Positions 53,656-64,000 of a DNA stretch of 64,000 bases are shown in pieces. A program made the position numbers and the translations under genes. Source of the stretch: Octopus sinensis (taxonomy: Eukaryota). Under the pieces are notes generated by a model. It saw only the letters and a program-made list of their open reading frames with translations, made no database searches and had not been told where the DNA came from. Positions within the stretch are counted from its first letter, which is position 1; each line of letters opens with the position of its first letter. The stretch is from NCBI RefSeq assembly GCF_006345805.1, contig NC_043004.1, forward strand, positions 95,666,001-95,730,000, in the 5' to 3' direction.

Positions 53656-53687
<32 letters not shown>

Positions 53688-54312
53688 TGACATTAAATGA
53701 TGATGATGATGATGCTGATGATCATCATCATCATGTTAGTGCAGCTCTTACTGTTAAGCTTTTGATTACTACCGTTTCGAAAGATTTCTTGCTTGTTTGT
53801 TTGTCATGTAAAGGTATTTTACAAAACAAGTTTATTTTATTTATGTCACTTTCACCACCGCCCACCATAAAAACATTTTTATTGATATTTTGAACTTTGT
53901 TTTGATGACTTGTTTTGCAATGACGCAGAGTCATGGAAACGCCTACCAAAGCAAAACTAAAAAAAAAAAAATAATAATAATAATAATAATAATGAAGACA
54001 ATTCTACTATTGCAAAGCAAAATAACACAAACAAAGATGCTTAGCAACAATACATATAGGTTTTAGAAATAGAAAATGTTACACTTTTAGAATGAAAAAA
54101 AAAATTTCTTGTTTTGGAAATTCTGAAACCTTATTTAGCACAACAACAACAACAACAACAACGACACTGATGTTCTCACAGATGTTCACGCACATACAAA
54201 AATGTCATTGAATAAGAATTTCATGAGATGTTAGTTTTGCTTTCCGTGTTGAATCCTTGAACATGAACTGGGCAAAACCCAAATTAAAACTAGCAGCAGA
54301 AATGTGTTCAAA

Positions 54313-54686
54313 TGCTTAGCGGTATTTCGTCTGCGGTTACGTTTTGAGTTCAAATTCCGCCGAAGGCGACTTTGCCTTTCGTCCTTTCAGGGTCGATAAA
54401 TTAAGTACCAGTTACGCACTGGTCCATGTAATCGATTTAATCCGTTTGTCTGTCCTTGTTTGTCCCCTCTGTGTTTAGCCCCTTGTGGGTAGTAAAGAAA
54501 TAGGTATTTCGTCTGCCGTTACGTTTTGAGTTCAAATTCCGCTGAGGTTGACTTTGCCTTTCATCCTTTCGGGGTCGATAAATCAAATACCAGTTACGTA
54601 CTGGGGTCGATGTAATCAACTTAATTCCCCTGTCTGTCCTTGTTTGTCCCCTCTATGTTTAGCCCCTTGTGGGCAATAAAGAAATA
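54313..54686 (+). mobile_element. Head-to-tail SINE B dimer under a single 15-bp TSD
   Basis: AGAAATGTGTTCAAA at 54298-54312 and 54687-54701; the second unit starts GGTATTTCGTCTG directly after the AAAGAAATA tail of the first. Confidence 0.9.
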
Positions 54687-54791
54687 AGAAATGTGTTCAA
54701 AGAATTGTATCTCTTTGCCTGAAGAAATTATCTAAAACCAATCAAGAACAAAACTGATCTAATTTTGTCTCACAAGAGTAGTGCTTCCTCA

Positions 54792-55011
54792 ATGAAGGTG
54801 TGCTGAAAAGTTCTTGGCTTTAAGTAAAAGAAAATACAAGAGGATCAGTTAATTATGATTTTATTCAAAATATTCCCTTCTCAGATTCACACACTTATTG
54901 CGGAGTTCCTTCAGTTTTTCTAATCCCTATGAAAGAAGTTGGGAGGCTGGGCCTCCAACCAGGCCTTTTGCAATACCCTTAAAACCAGGAACTTTTCAGC
55001 CTCCTCTCATA
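54792..55011. mobile_element. Mariner-type MITE
   Basis: ATGAAGGTGTGCTGAAAAGTTCTTGGCTTTAA … TTAAAACCAGGAACTTTTCAGCCTCCTCTCATA inverted termini. Confidence 0.75.
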
Positions 55012-55825
55012 TACCTTGAAATACCAACCAAGGAAGGCGTAATAATCATATTATGCACACAGGAAAAAAAAAGCCTACAAAATAATCAGTTAACCTTCAG
55101 GGCTGAGGACAAAGCTGATCATCAATCAGAAGAAATTGTACACAAAATTCATATTGATATAAGTTTTTTGCCCCAGTACAAGGTGCAGTACTAACCAAGA
55201 GTAACAGTTGCTTTTGTGAAACTCTAAACACTAGTATCAAGGAATGATATATATATAGACAGGAGGAGTGAACATGAACTTCAAACTCCTTATGGACTCT
55301 CAGGACCTCAAAGTCATTCCAAAGCTGTGTTCCATTGTGGTTACTGAGTCTAAGGCAAAAGGACAAATGGGAAAGAGCAGAATATCCAGTTGTTATGCAT
55401 ATGGCAAGGAAAGCCACTTAGGGGTCTGTTCTTGTCACTAGTTGGAAAAGCTCAAAAAGATTATGCAGGATCTGAAGACTGCTGTTCCATTAGTGACACC
55501 TGTCTTACCACTGACTACAGCTCCAAGGATGATTGGAAAAAACAACAACATAGTCCTCAGTCCTAGAAGTGATAATGATGCACTTACCTCTTGTCCAAAC
55601 TTAGTGAATGAAGTTACTTCATGCCCCAGCTCGAAAGCCAACAAACAGACACACCCACCTCAGTACAATAAGTAGCAGCAAAAGCACCCCTCTATCACCT
55701 TAGATGAGTGGGAGATGATGGAAATGAAAACAAAATTTCAAACAGAAAAAGCACAAAGAGTGGAAAGTGAAATTTAAGAAACAAGAAAGAAAAGCAAATC
55801 ACAGAGGAAAAGAAATCCTTTAGAT

Positions 55826-56630
55826 CAGTGGTTCTCAACCATTTTTTTTACCTGTGGACCCCTTTGATTCCTATTTAACTTGGGTGGTCCCTCAAGGCCA
55901 TTTGATGTTTAAAAAATCCTATTATATATTTCTTTACTACCCACAAGGGGCTAAACATAGAGTGGACAAACAAAGGGATTAAGTCGATTACATCGACCCC
56001 AGTGCGTAACTGGTACTTAATTTATCGACCCTGAAAGGATGAAAAGCAAAGCCGACCTCGGCGGAATTTGAACTCAGAACGTAACGGCAGACAAAATACC
56101 ACTAGACATTTCGCCCGGCATGCTAACGTTTCTGCCAGCTTGCCACCTTATAGGCACAGGATTGGCTGTGTGGTAAGTAGCTTGCTTTCCAACCACATGG
56201 TTCCGAGTTCAATCCCACTGTGTGGCACCTTGAGCAAGTGTCTTCTACTATAGCCTCGGGCCGACCAAAGCCTTGTGAGTGGATTTGGTAGACGGAAACT
56301 GAAAGAAGCCCGTCATATATATATATATATATGTATGTGTTTGTGTGTCTGTGTTTGTCCCCACCAACATCGCTTGGCAACCGATGGCGGTGTGTTTACG
56401 TCCCCGTAACTTAGCGGTTCGGCAAAAGGGACCGATAAAATAAGTACTAGGCTTACAAAGAATAAGTCCTGGGATTGATTTGCTCGACTAAAGGCAGTGC
56501 TCCAGCATGGCCACAGTCAAATGACTGAAACAAATAAAGGAGTAAAAGAGGATTTATTGCAAACAAATTTTAACAATAAAATGTTATATAGACAGCCAAG
56601 GACCAAATGTAACCCGGTTGAGAACCACTG
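55826..56630. mobile_element. hAT (Charlie/Buster-type) MITE containing head-to-head SINE B (minus, ~55930-56147) and SINE A (plus, ~56151-56550)
   Basis: TIRs CAGTGGTTCTCAACC / GGTTGAGAACCACTG; 8-bp TSD CTTTAGAT / TTTTAGAT. Confidence 0.9.
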
Positions 56631-57437
56631 TTTTAGATCAGCCCAATACTTATGGTGCTAATTTTATGAACCTTGAAAATTATAAAGCTAATATATCAGT
56701 AGGATTTTAAACCAAATGTTAATGTGTACAGTTGAATAACTCAAGGAATTTAATTTGATATTCTGTCATTTCAAACATTCACTAAACATTAAAAGTAAGT
56801 TCTTATAATAGAGAACGGAACAAATAATACTCAGAATAATCACAACAGAAGATGTATTTCTATATATTTACTGTTTTACTTAAATGTATTTCTTATTTTT
56901 TATTTTTCAAAGTCTGAAATGAGTTTCAAAATCTTGCTTTTGAGTAAAGTTACTCAGTTTTTTCTTGTTTATTTTTCTTCTTTCAAACAAATTTATTGGA
57001 AAAAGTTGACATGCCAAACATTCATCGATCTTTAACATTTTCTTTGTAATTTTGTTGTTGTTATTTATTTCTATTTATTTTGGTATGGAGGCATTGTTAG
57101 TGTTTTTGTTAGTTTTGCTGATGTTTTTATATTGAGTATTTACTGTTGTTGTTGATCTTTATTTTTATTTATTTTGGGGGTTATTTTTGCGTTTTCTTTA
57201 CTTTTTAAATATATTTAGACGCTGTCTCAATTATCTGTCATTCTGAACTACAATGAAAGCAAACTCACCATCACCATCATAATCATCACTACACATGCCA
57301 TCAAACTACCTCTAGGTTCCAACATTGTTAAGTCTCTTGTTTGGATAATTTGATCGATGTACTGTCCCTCCTGTCCACTTCTCTCTCTTTCCATCCTCTC
57401 CTCCCTCTCTCACTCTCTCTCTCTGTTCCTCACTTTT

Positions 57438-57474
<37 letters not shown>

Positions 57475-58282
57475 TGTCTTTCCCTCTCAACCCTTCCTCC
57501 CACTCTTTGTTGTAGCATCTCTGCCATCAAGTGTCTACTGCATATAGAGACCTTTCCATACCCTTTCGCCTGTCTGTCCTTCAACTTCAGTTATTTTCCT
57601 ACAAACATAGTTTAGCACTGCTGCATTCTTGCATTCTATTGCAACACATCACCCTACACCCAACATAACTGTCAGTCATTCGCTCTGATCTTTTGCATTA
57701 ACAATTCTTAAAGAATTTATTGTTATCATAGGTTTCTTCAAAGAATACATGTTATGTCCATTGATTCCTAATGCAAGCACAAGACAGAGTCTTGAAAGTA
57801 GTGTAATGCAGTCGACTAATTCCATCCCCCATCATATTACTGGTACCAAAGAAGGTGGTGAGCTGACAATCATTAACACCTGGGTAAAATGCTTAATAAC
57901 ATTTCATCTGACTTTACATTCTAAGTACATATTCTTCCAAGGTCAACTTTGCCTTTCATCCTTTTGGGGTTGAGAAAAGAGGTACCAAATTAGGTACCAA
58001 TCAAATACTAGGATCAATAAATTTGAATGCCTTAGTCCTTAGTCCTTAGGAATGGCTATCATTAGAAATGAAGGATTGATAGAATAACTAAAACAGTGTG
58101 TTGTTTGTTCTGATCCTTTATGTTTTGAGTTCAAATCCTAATGATGTCAACTTTGCCTTTTATCCTTCTGAGGTTAATAAAATAAAGTACCAGTCAGTCA
58201 AGTATTGGAATCCAGACAATCTACCCCTCAAAACTGATGTACTTAATTTTGAAGCCGCCACAGCCACCGCCGCCACCACCAC

Positions 58283-58352
<70 letters not shown>

Positions 58353-58376
58353 GTTATTATTATTATTATTATTATT

Positions 58377-58930
58377 GAGTGAGAGAGCAGTGCATGCCAT
58401 CAAACCATCAAACTGATACTGGTGTAAAATATACGAAACCCAGTATACCCATCATGATTACCCGTCTGATAAGGGTACACCAGGTACATGCATCACAACC
58501 ATATGTATGCAACATGGTGATCTCATATCAAGATAAACAGCACATGACCTTGCAGGTGGGGCCCAGTTAGAATTTTCTTTTGGTCAAGTAGCCCATGCCG
58601 TTCAAAATAAGGATTGTCTAAGGATGTTGAACAAACCACCCATGTTTCCAAAGGTGAATTATCCAAACCTCCAAGAATTCCTTTCAATACACGGCTATGA
58701 TGCTCTCCCACTACTTCTGCTTGTGATCAGAAATGCACATATCATCAGCCACTAAGGGACATTCTCAACTGGTTAAGGTCAACCAACTGACGAGTAAATC
58801 TGTGGTTTTGAGCAGAATATTTGCTGTAGCCCATCTTTTATACCAAGACAAAACAATGTACATGATAACACTTCCAATCAGTTAAGATCAGCAGCCATGA
58901 GAGCCACTGCCTGGTACTGCATCAGGGCAT
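58377..58930 (-). mobile_element. Family F copy 5 (full length)
   Basis: (ATT)n-GAGTGAGAGAGCAG…CCTGGTACTGCATCAGGGCAT-(TTA)n. Confidence 0.88.
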
Positions 58931-58952
58931 TTATTATTATTATTATTATTAC

Positions 58953-58997
<45 letters not shown>

Positions 58998-59253
58998 GAT
59001 GATGATGATGATGATAATCCTTTCTACTGGAAGCAGAAGGCCTCAAGTTTGAAGGAAGGGATTAAGCTGATTACATCGACCCCAGTACTCAGCTGGTACT
59101 TATTTAATCAACCCTGAAAAGATGAAGGGCAAAGTCAACTTCAGTTGAATTTGAACTCAGAACATAGCAATGGGCGAAATACCGCTAAGCATTTTGTCCA
59201 GTACGCTAATGATTATGCCAGCTCGCCTTATTATTATTATTATCATTATTATT

Positions 59254-59365
59254 GAGTGAGAGAGCAGTTCATGCCATCAAAGTGACACTGGGGTAAAATA
59301 TACGAAGCCCAATATACCCATCATGACTACCCGTCTGATAAAGGTACACCAGGCACATGCATCAC
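59254..59365 (-). mobile_element. Family F copy 6 (only the 3'-terminal 112 bp)
   Basis: Keeps the GAGTGAGAGAG end, breaks after GCATCAC, and is embedded in (ATT)n. Confidence 0.85.
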
Positions 59366-59378
59366 ATTATTATTATTA

Positions 59379-59409
<31 letters not shown>

Positions 59410-60583
59410 CATTATTAACAACAACAACAACAACAATAATAATAATAATATTAATAATTATATTAATAGTAATAATAATAATAACAATAATAATAATAAT
59501 ATGCTGTTTGTCATTTTGGGCTCAATAAAATAAGTACCAGTTGATGTAGTCAACTCATCCCCTCCCCTAAAATTGCTGCCCTTGTGGCAAAATTTGAAAA
59601 CAGTTACTTACCTAACCTTCGTCTCCCAAAACTAGATTATTACTTCTCTTGTTATTTTCATTCCGTGTTTTGTCTCACAATAGTTTGAGATTGTATGATA
59701 GGAGAGAGGATGGCTAAGGGACTAAGGGGCTAAGGGGCTAAGGGGTGAAAATGAAAGTAGAAGAGAATGTGAGTGGAGAATTGGGAGAGTAAGAAGAGTT
59801 AAATAATGTGATAGAGAGAGTGATAAAGACAAAAAGGGAGAAGACAAGTAGAGGAGGCTGAGAGAGGAGTGCCGATGGGAAAAGGAGAGATAGAAGTTTC
59901 AGGGGGAGAAAAAGTAAAAAGAGAGAGAGTATGAGTGGAAGAGGGTGTTGGAAAATGAAGGGGTGCGAGTATGAGGGAGTAAATCTGAAGGAATAGAGAG
60001 AGGAGGAGAGATGTGAAAGGGGATGTGAGATTGGTAACTATTTGATTGGTAAAGACCAAGAGCAAAGAAGAAACAAGAATCTGTCTGAGAATAAATCTAA
60101 TTTCTTCAGCTGGTGCCATAGTGCCATTGTGGTTGTAAACTCTCAACAAGCAAAGTGTTTGATGTAAGTTCAATTCTAGATTGAGCTAATTTCATTTCAT
60201 TTCACCTGTCTGTGATTTCTGGCCATAATCAATAGCCTGAAGAGTGGGGAAACTCTCAACAGACTGGCTACAAGAAGAAATAGGAAGATACAGTCTTCGA
60301 TGAGAATGCAACGATTAAAGAAAAAGAAACAGAGAGAGCACTGCAAGAGAGAAAAATATATAGAAAATAGAGAATAACAGAAAGGCAGAATTTAAAGAAA
60401 AGAAAGATGAGGGAGAGAGAGAAAAATTGATAGAAAGAAAAGGCAACAGATAGAAAGACAAATGGAGACAGAGGAGAGATGAGAAAGACTCAGACAGTGA
60501 AGAGGGGTATGTGGGAAAAGAGAGATGGGAAAGTAATAGAGGGGAAACCACATAAGAGGAGAAAATGAGGAAGAGGGGAAAAG

Positions 60584-61978
60584 AGTGCGTGTGAAAGAGA
60601 GCGTGTGAGAGAGAAAGCATGTGTGAAAGAGAGTGTGTGTGAAAGAGAGTGTGTGTGAAAGAGAGCATGTGAGAAAGAGAGTGTGTATGAATGAGAGCAT
60701 GTGTGAAAGAGAGCATGTGTGATAGAGAGTGTGTGTGAAAGAGAGCGTGTGTGAAAGACAGTGTGTATGAATGAGAGCATGCGTGAAAGAGAGTGCGTGT
60801 GAAAGAGAGCGTGTGTGATAGAGAGTGTGTGTGAAAGAGAGTGCGTGTGAAAGAGAGTGTGTGTGAAAGAGAGTATGTGTGAAAGAGAGTGTGTGTGAAA
60901 GAGAGCGTGTGTGAAAGAGAGCATGTTTGAAAGAGAGCATGTGTGATAGAGAGTGTGTGTGATAGAGCATGTGTGAAAGAGAGTGTGTGTGAAAGAGAGC
61001 ATGTGTGAAAGAGAGCATGTGTGAAAGAGAGTGTGTGTGAAAGAGAGCATGTGTGAAAGAGAGTGTATGTGAAAGAGAATGTGTGTGAAAGAGAGCGTGT
61101 GTGAATGAGAGTGTGTGTGAAAGAGAGCATGTGTGATAGAGAGTGTGTGTGAAAGAGAGTGTGTGTGAAAGAGAGTGTGTGTGATAGAGAGTGTGTGTGA
61201 AAGAGAGTGTGTGTGAAAGAGAGCATGTGTGAAAGAGAGCATGTGTGAAAGAGAGCATGTGTGAAAGAGAGTATGTGTGAAAGAGAGTATGTGTGAAAGA
61301 GAGTGTGTGAAAGAGAGTGTGTGTGAAGAGAGCGTGTGTGAAAGAGAGTATGTGTGAAAGAGAGGTGTGTGAAAGAGAGCATGTTTGAAAGAGAGCATGT
61401 GTGATAGAGAGTGTGTGTGATAGAGCATGTGTGAAAGAGAGTGTGTGTGAAAGAGAGCATGTGTGAAAGAGAGCATGTGTGAAAGAGAGTGTGTGTGAAA
61501 GAGAGCATGTGTGAAAGAGAGTGTATGTGAAAGAGAATGTGTGTGAAAGAGAGCGTGTGTGAATGAGAGTGTGTGTGAAAGAGAGCATGTGTGATAGAGA
61601 GTGTGTGTGAAGAGAGTGTGTGTGAAGAGAGTGTGTGTGTGATAGAGAGTGTGTGTGAAAGAGAGTGTGTGTGAAAGAGAGCATGTGTGAAAGAGAGCAT
61701 GTGTGAAAGAGAGCATGTGTGAAAGAGAGTATGTGTGAAAGAGAGTATGTGTGAAAGAGAGTGTGTGTGAAAGAGAGTGTGTGTGAAAGAGAGCGTGTGT
61801 GAAAGAGAGTATGTGTGAAAGAGAGTGTGTGTGAAAGAGAGTGTATGTGAAAGAGAGTATGTGTGAAAGAGAATGTGTGTGAAAGAGAATGTGTGTGAAA
61901 GAGAGTGTGTGTGAAAGAGAGCGTGTGTGAAAGAGAGTGTGTGTGAATGAGAGCATGTGTGAAAGAGAGTGTGTGAGA
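60584..61978. repeat. ~16-bp minisatellite (GAAAGAGAG-TG/CA-TGTGT), about 1.4 kb, with an internal block duplication
   Basis: Direct reading. The rare variant GCATGTTTG occurs at 60921 and 61379, and an identical run of variants follows each. Confidence 0.95.
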
Positions 61979-62703
61979 GAGAAAGAGAGAGAGAGGGAGA
62001 TGGGAGATTTGAGAATAATGAAACAAAAAAAAACAAGAAAATGGAAAGTGAAAAAGAAAAATCAGAGAATGGGAGTGGAGGGGAAGATTGTGAAAAATAA
62101 ATAAAAGCAAAAAAAGGAAAAATAAATAGAGAGAAAGAGAGTATGTGCATGATAGGAAAATAGAGAAGGAGAGAGAGAGAAGGAGGTGAGAAAAGTGGAA
62201 TGGGAGGATGGAAAGAGAAGTAGAATGTAAAGGAAGGAAAACTAGTTTGAGGTTTTTAAGTGAACTCAATGTGAACATTTAAAGTCCAGTAGTATGATGG
62301 TTGGGAAAGAATGAAGAGTATAACAAATAATTTCAGTTTAACTCCCAGCCTGTTCTCATCATCTTCCAGCTAAACAGCTAATTATATAGTCAAATTGAAC
62401 TGAATGGTTCTAGTGAACACCAAATGGATGTGATGGGATGTGATGCCAAGCAGAAAATCTGACCAGCAGTCTAAGGCAGGGCGTGAAGGCAGTGGGAGTG
62501 GAGATTCAAATAAAGAAAGCTATTCAACTAGAAACTTTAATAAACATACAGTTGTATGTACTGATTGGACTATTAACCACCCCACCACCCCACGTCATTT
62601 GAGGTTCTTTCAACAATTTCTACAGAATATCCTCCATGTTCTTTGTCAAGTATCAGCTGTTTGCATATACATATTCATATACATACATGCAAACACACAC
62701 ACG

Positions 62704-62736
<33 letters not shown>

Positions 62737-62768
62737 GTAATATATATATATGTATATATGTATATGTG

Positions 62769-63019
62769 TCATCATCATCATCATTTAACGTCCGTTTTTC
62801 GCGCTAGCACGGGTTGGACGGTTCAACCGGGGTCTGGGAAATCAGGGGCAGCACCGGGCTCCAGTCTGATCTGGCAGTGTTTCTACGGCTGGATGCCCTT
62901 CCTAACGCCAACCACTCCGCGAGTGTAGTGGGTGCTTTTTACATGCCACCTGCACAGGTGCCAGGGGGGGGTCTGGCATCGGCCACGATCGGTTGGTGCT
63001 TTTAACGTGCCACCAGCAC
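62769..63019 (-). mobile_element. Family C repeat
   Basis: (CAT)n-TTAACGTCCG…GGATGCCCTTCCTAACGCCAACC…. Confidence 0.85.
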
Positions 63020-63182
63020 ATGTATATGTATATATATATATTTTCTGAGTACCTCATTTCTTCTAATATATATATATATATATATAAAGTTAATCCAAAC
63101 AAGAAAACACAAAAAACACAACGCGAGGACGTGGAACAAATATAGTATTATTGGACACTCAGGAAAGAAGGGAAGAAGGAGG

Positions 63183-63217
63183 GCTTAACGTTTCGAGTGG
63201 AGCTCTTCGTCGGAAAC
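63183..63217 (-). ncRNA. Minimal type I hammerhead ribozyme motif (Penelope-type) in a short repeat flanked by (TA)n
   Basis: Minus strand: GTTT-CCGACGA-A-GAG-CTCCA-CTC-GAAA-CG-T-T-AAGC. Core has U4>C and an extra A after A9; 3-bp stem II, palindromic ACGT stem III, stem I GTTT/AAGC. Confidence 0.6.
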
Positions 63218-63298
63218 ATAGGGGAAGGAAAGATCCAGAGAAGGTAAGACAGAGGAAAAATAATCGCCTACGGTACACATGAGGTCACCATTTGAAAG

Positions 63299-63327
<29 letters not shown>

Positions 63328-63337
<10 letters not shown>

Positions 63338-63767
63338 AATAGTAAAGAGTGAAAAAACTACAGAAGGCTTAAATGTTAAAAATATATATATATTTGCGTC
63401 AATATGTCTGAAGAATATTAGAAAATTTTTTTTTTTTTGTCTTATAATGACATAATTTAAAAGAAAGACCGGTTTCGCGTGTAGCTTTTCAAATTTCTTG
63501 CGACGTTATGTTTATGTTGAATAGAGTTATCGTTATGTTTATGTTCAGGAACATAACGATAACTCTATTCAAGATAAACATAACGTCGGAAGAAATTTGA
63601 AAAGCTACACGCGAAACCGGTCTTTCTTTTAAATTATGTCATTATAAGAGAAAAAATTTTTTTTTTTTAATTTTCTAATATTCTTCAGACATATTGACGC
63701 AAATATATATATTTTTTAACATTTAAGCATTCTGTAGTTTTTTCACTCTTTACTATTTTCTATATAT
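63328..63767. repeat. Near-perfect 440-bp palindrome (~212-bp arms, ~10-nt loop)
   Basis: ATATATAGAAAATAG…GTTATCGTTATGTT (to 63539) pairs with AACATAACGATAAC…CTATTTTCTATATAT (from 63550). Only a few substitutions and one poly-T length difference. Confidence 0.95.
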
Positions 63768-63805
63768 TCACCCACGTGCTTTCACAAACCAACTTTCTTA
63801 TCTAT

Positions 63806-63838
<33 letters not shown>

Positions 63839-64000
63839 CACACACACATACATATGTATATGAATGTATGTATACATGTATGTATATACGTATAAGCATA
63901 TGTGCATATTATAATAAATTATACATACATGTGTGTGTGTTATGTATATGCATGTATATGTGTGAATGCATCTCACCCCATTTCTCCCTATCTCTCTTTC

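Noticed and set aside
55250-55800. Possible LINE ORF1 zinc-knuckle remnant (CYAYGKESHLGVC)
   Set aside because: The second Cys is missing and the His-Cys spacing is off; too degenerate to call without a search.
60584-61978. CRISPR-like regular array
   Set aside because: No unique spacers, and the context is eukaryotic; it is an ordinary minisatellite.
60315-62278. 488-628-aa ORFs with HTLSF repeats
   Set aside because: These are translations of the 16-bp minisatellite; three overlapping frames are open because the unit has no stop on that strand.
62390-62660. Protein-like ORF start MPSRKSDQQSKAGREG… or a terminal exon with AATAAA
   Set aside because: No recognisable homology, weak splice context, and the ORF runs into microsatellite and family C repeat.

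Overview
Eukaryotic, very AT-rich and repeat-dominated genomic DNA. From recalled sequence, the SINE families and the extreme (TA)n/(TG)n/(AAT)n microsatellite load look like an Octopus (coleoid cephalopod) genome; this is recognition, not a database result. I cannot identify a host protein-coding gene. The window looks intronic or intergenic, with only a few weak exon candidates, and almost all ORFs in the supplied track are microsatellite translation artefacts. What the sequence does support: (1) a decayed Tc1 (DD34E) element, a full-length decayed mariner and several MITEs (piggyBac-type TTAA, hAT-type 8-bp TSD, mariner-type); (2) a Penelope-like element interrupted by two Helitrons and a solo LTR; (3) R4/Dong-clade restriction-endonuclease retrotransposon fragments and a ~550-bp non-coding family, stacked head-to-tail in (AAT)n tracts; (4) several tRNA-derived SINE families and an RTE-like (GAT)n-tailed family; (5) complex micro- and minisatellites with higher-order structure. 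The most interesting signals are three minimal type I hammerhead-ribozyme motifs in Penelope-type or fold-back contexts, the apparent self-renewing (AAT)n retroelement landing pads, a SINE dimer inserted under one TSD, and recurrent fold-back palindromes centred on (TA)n.
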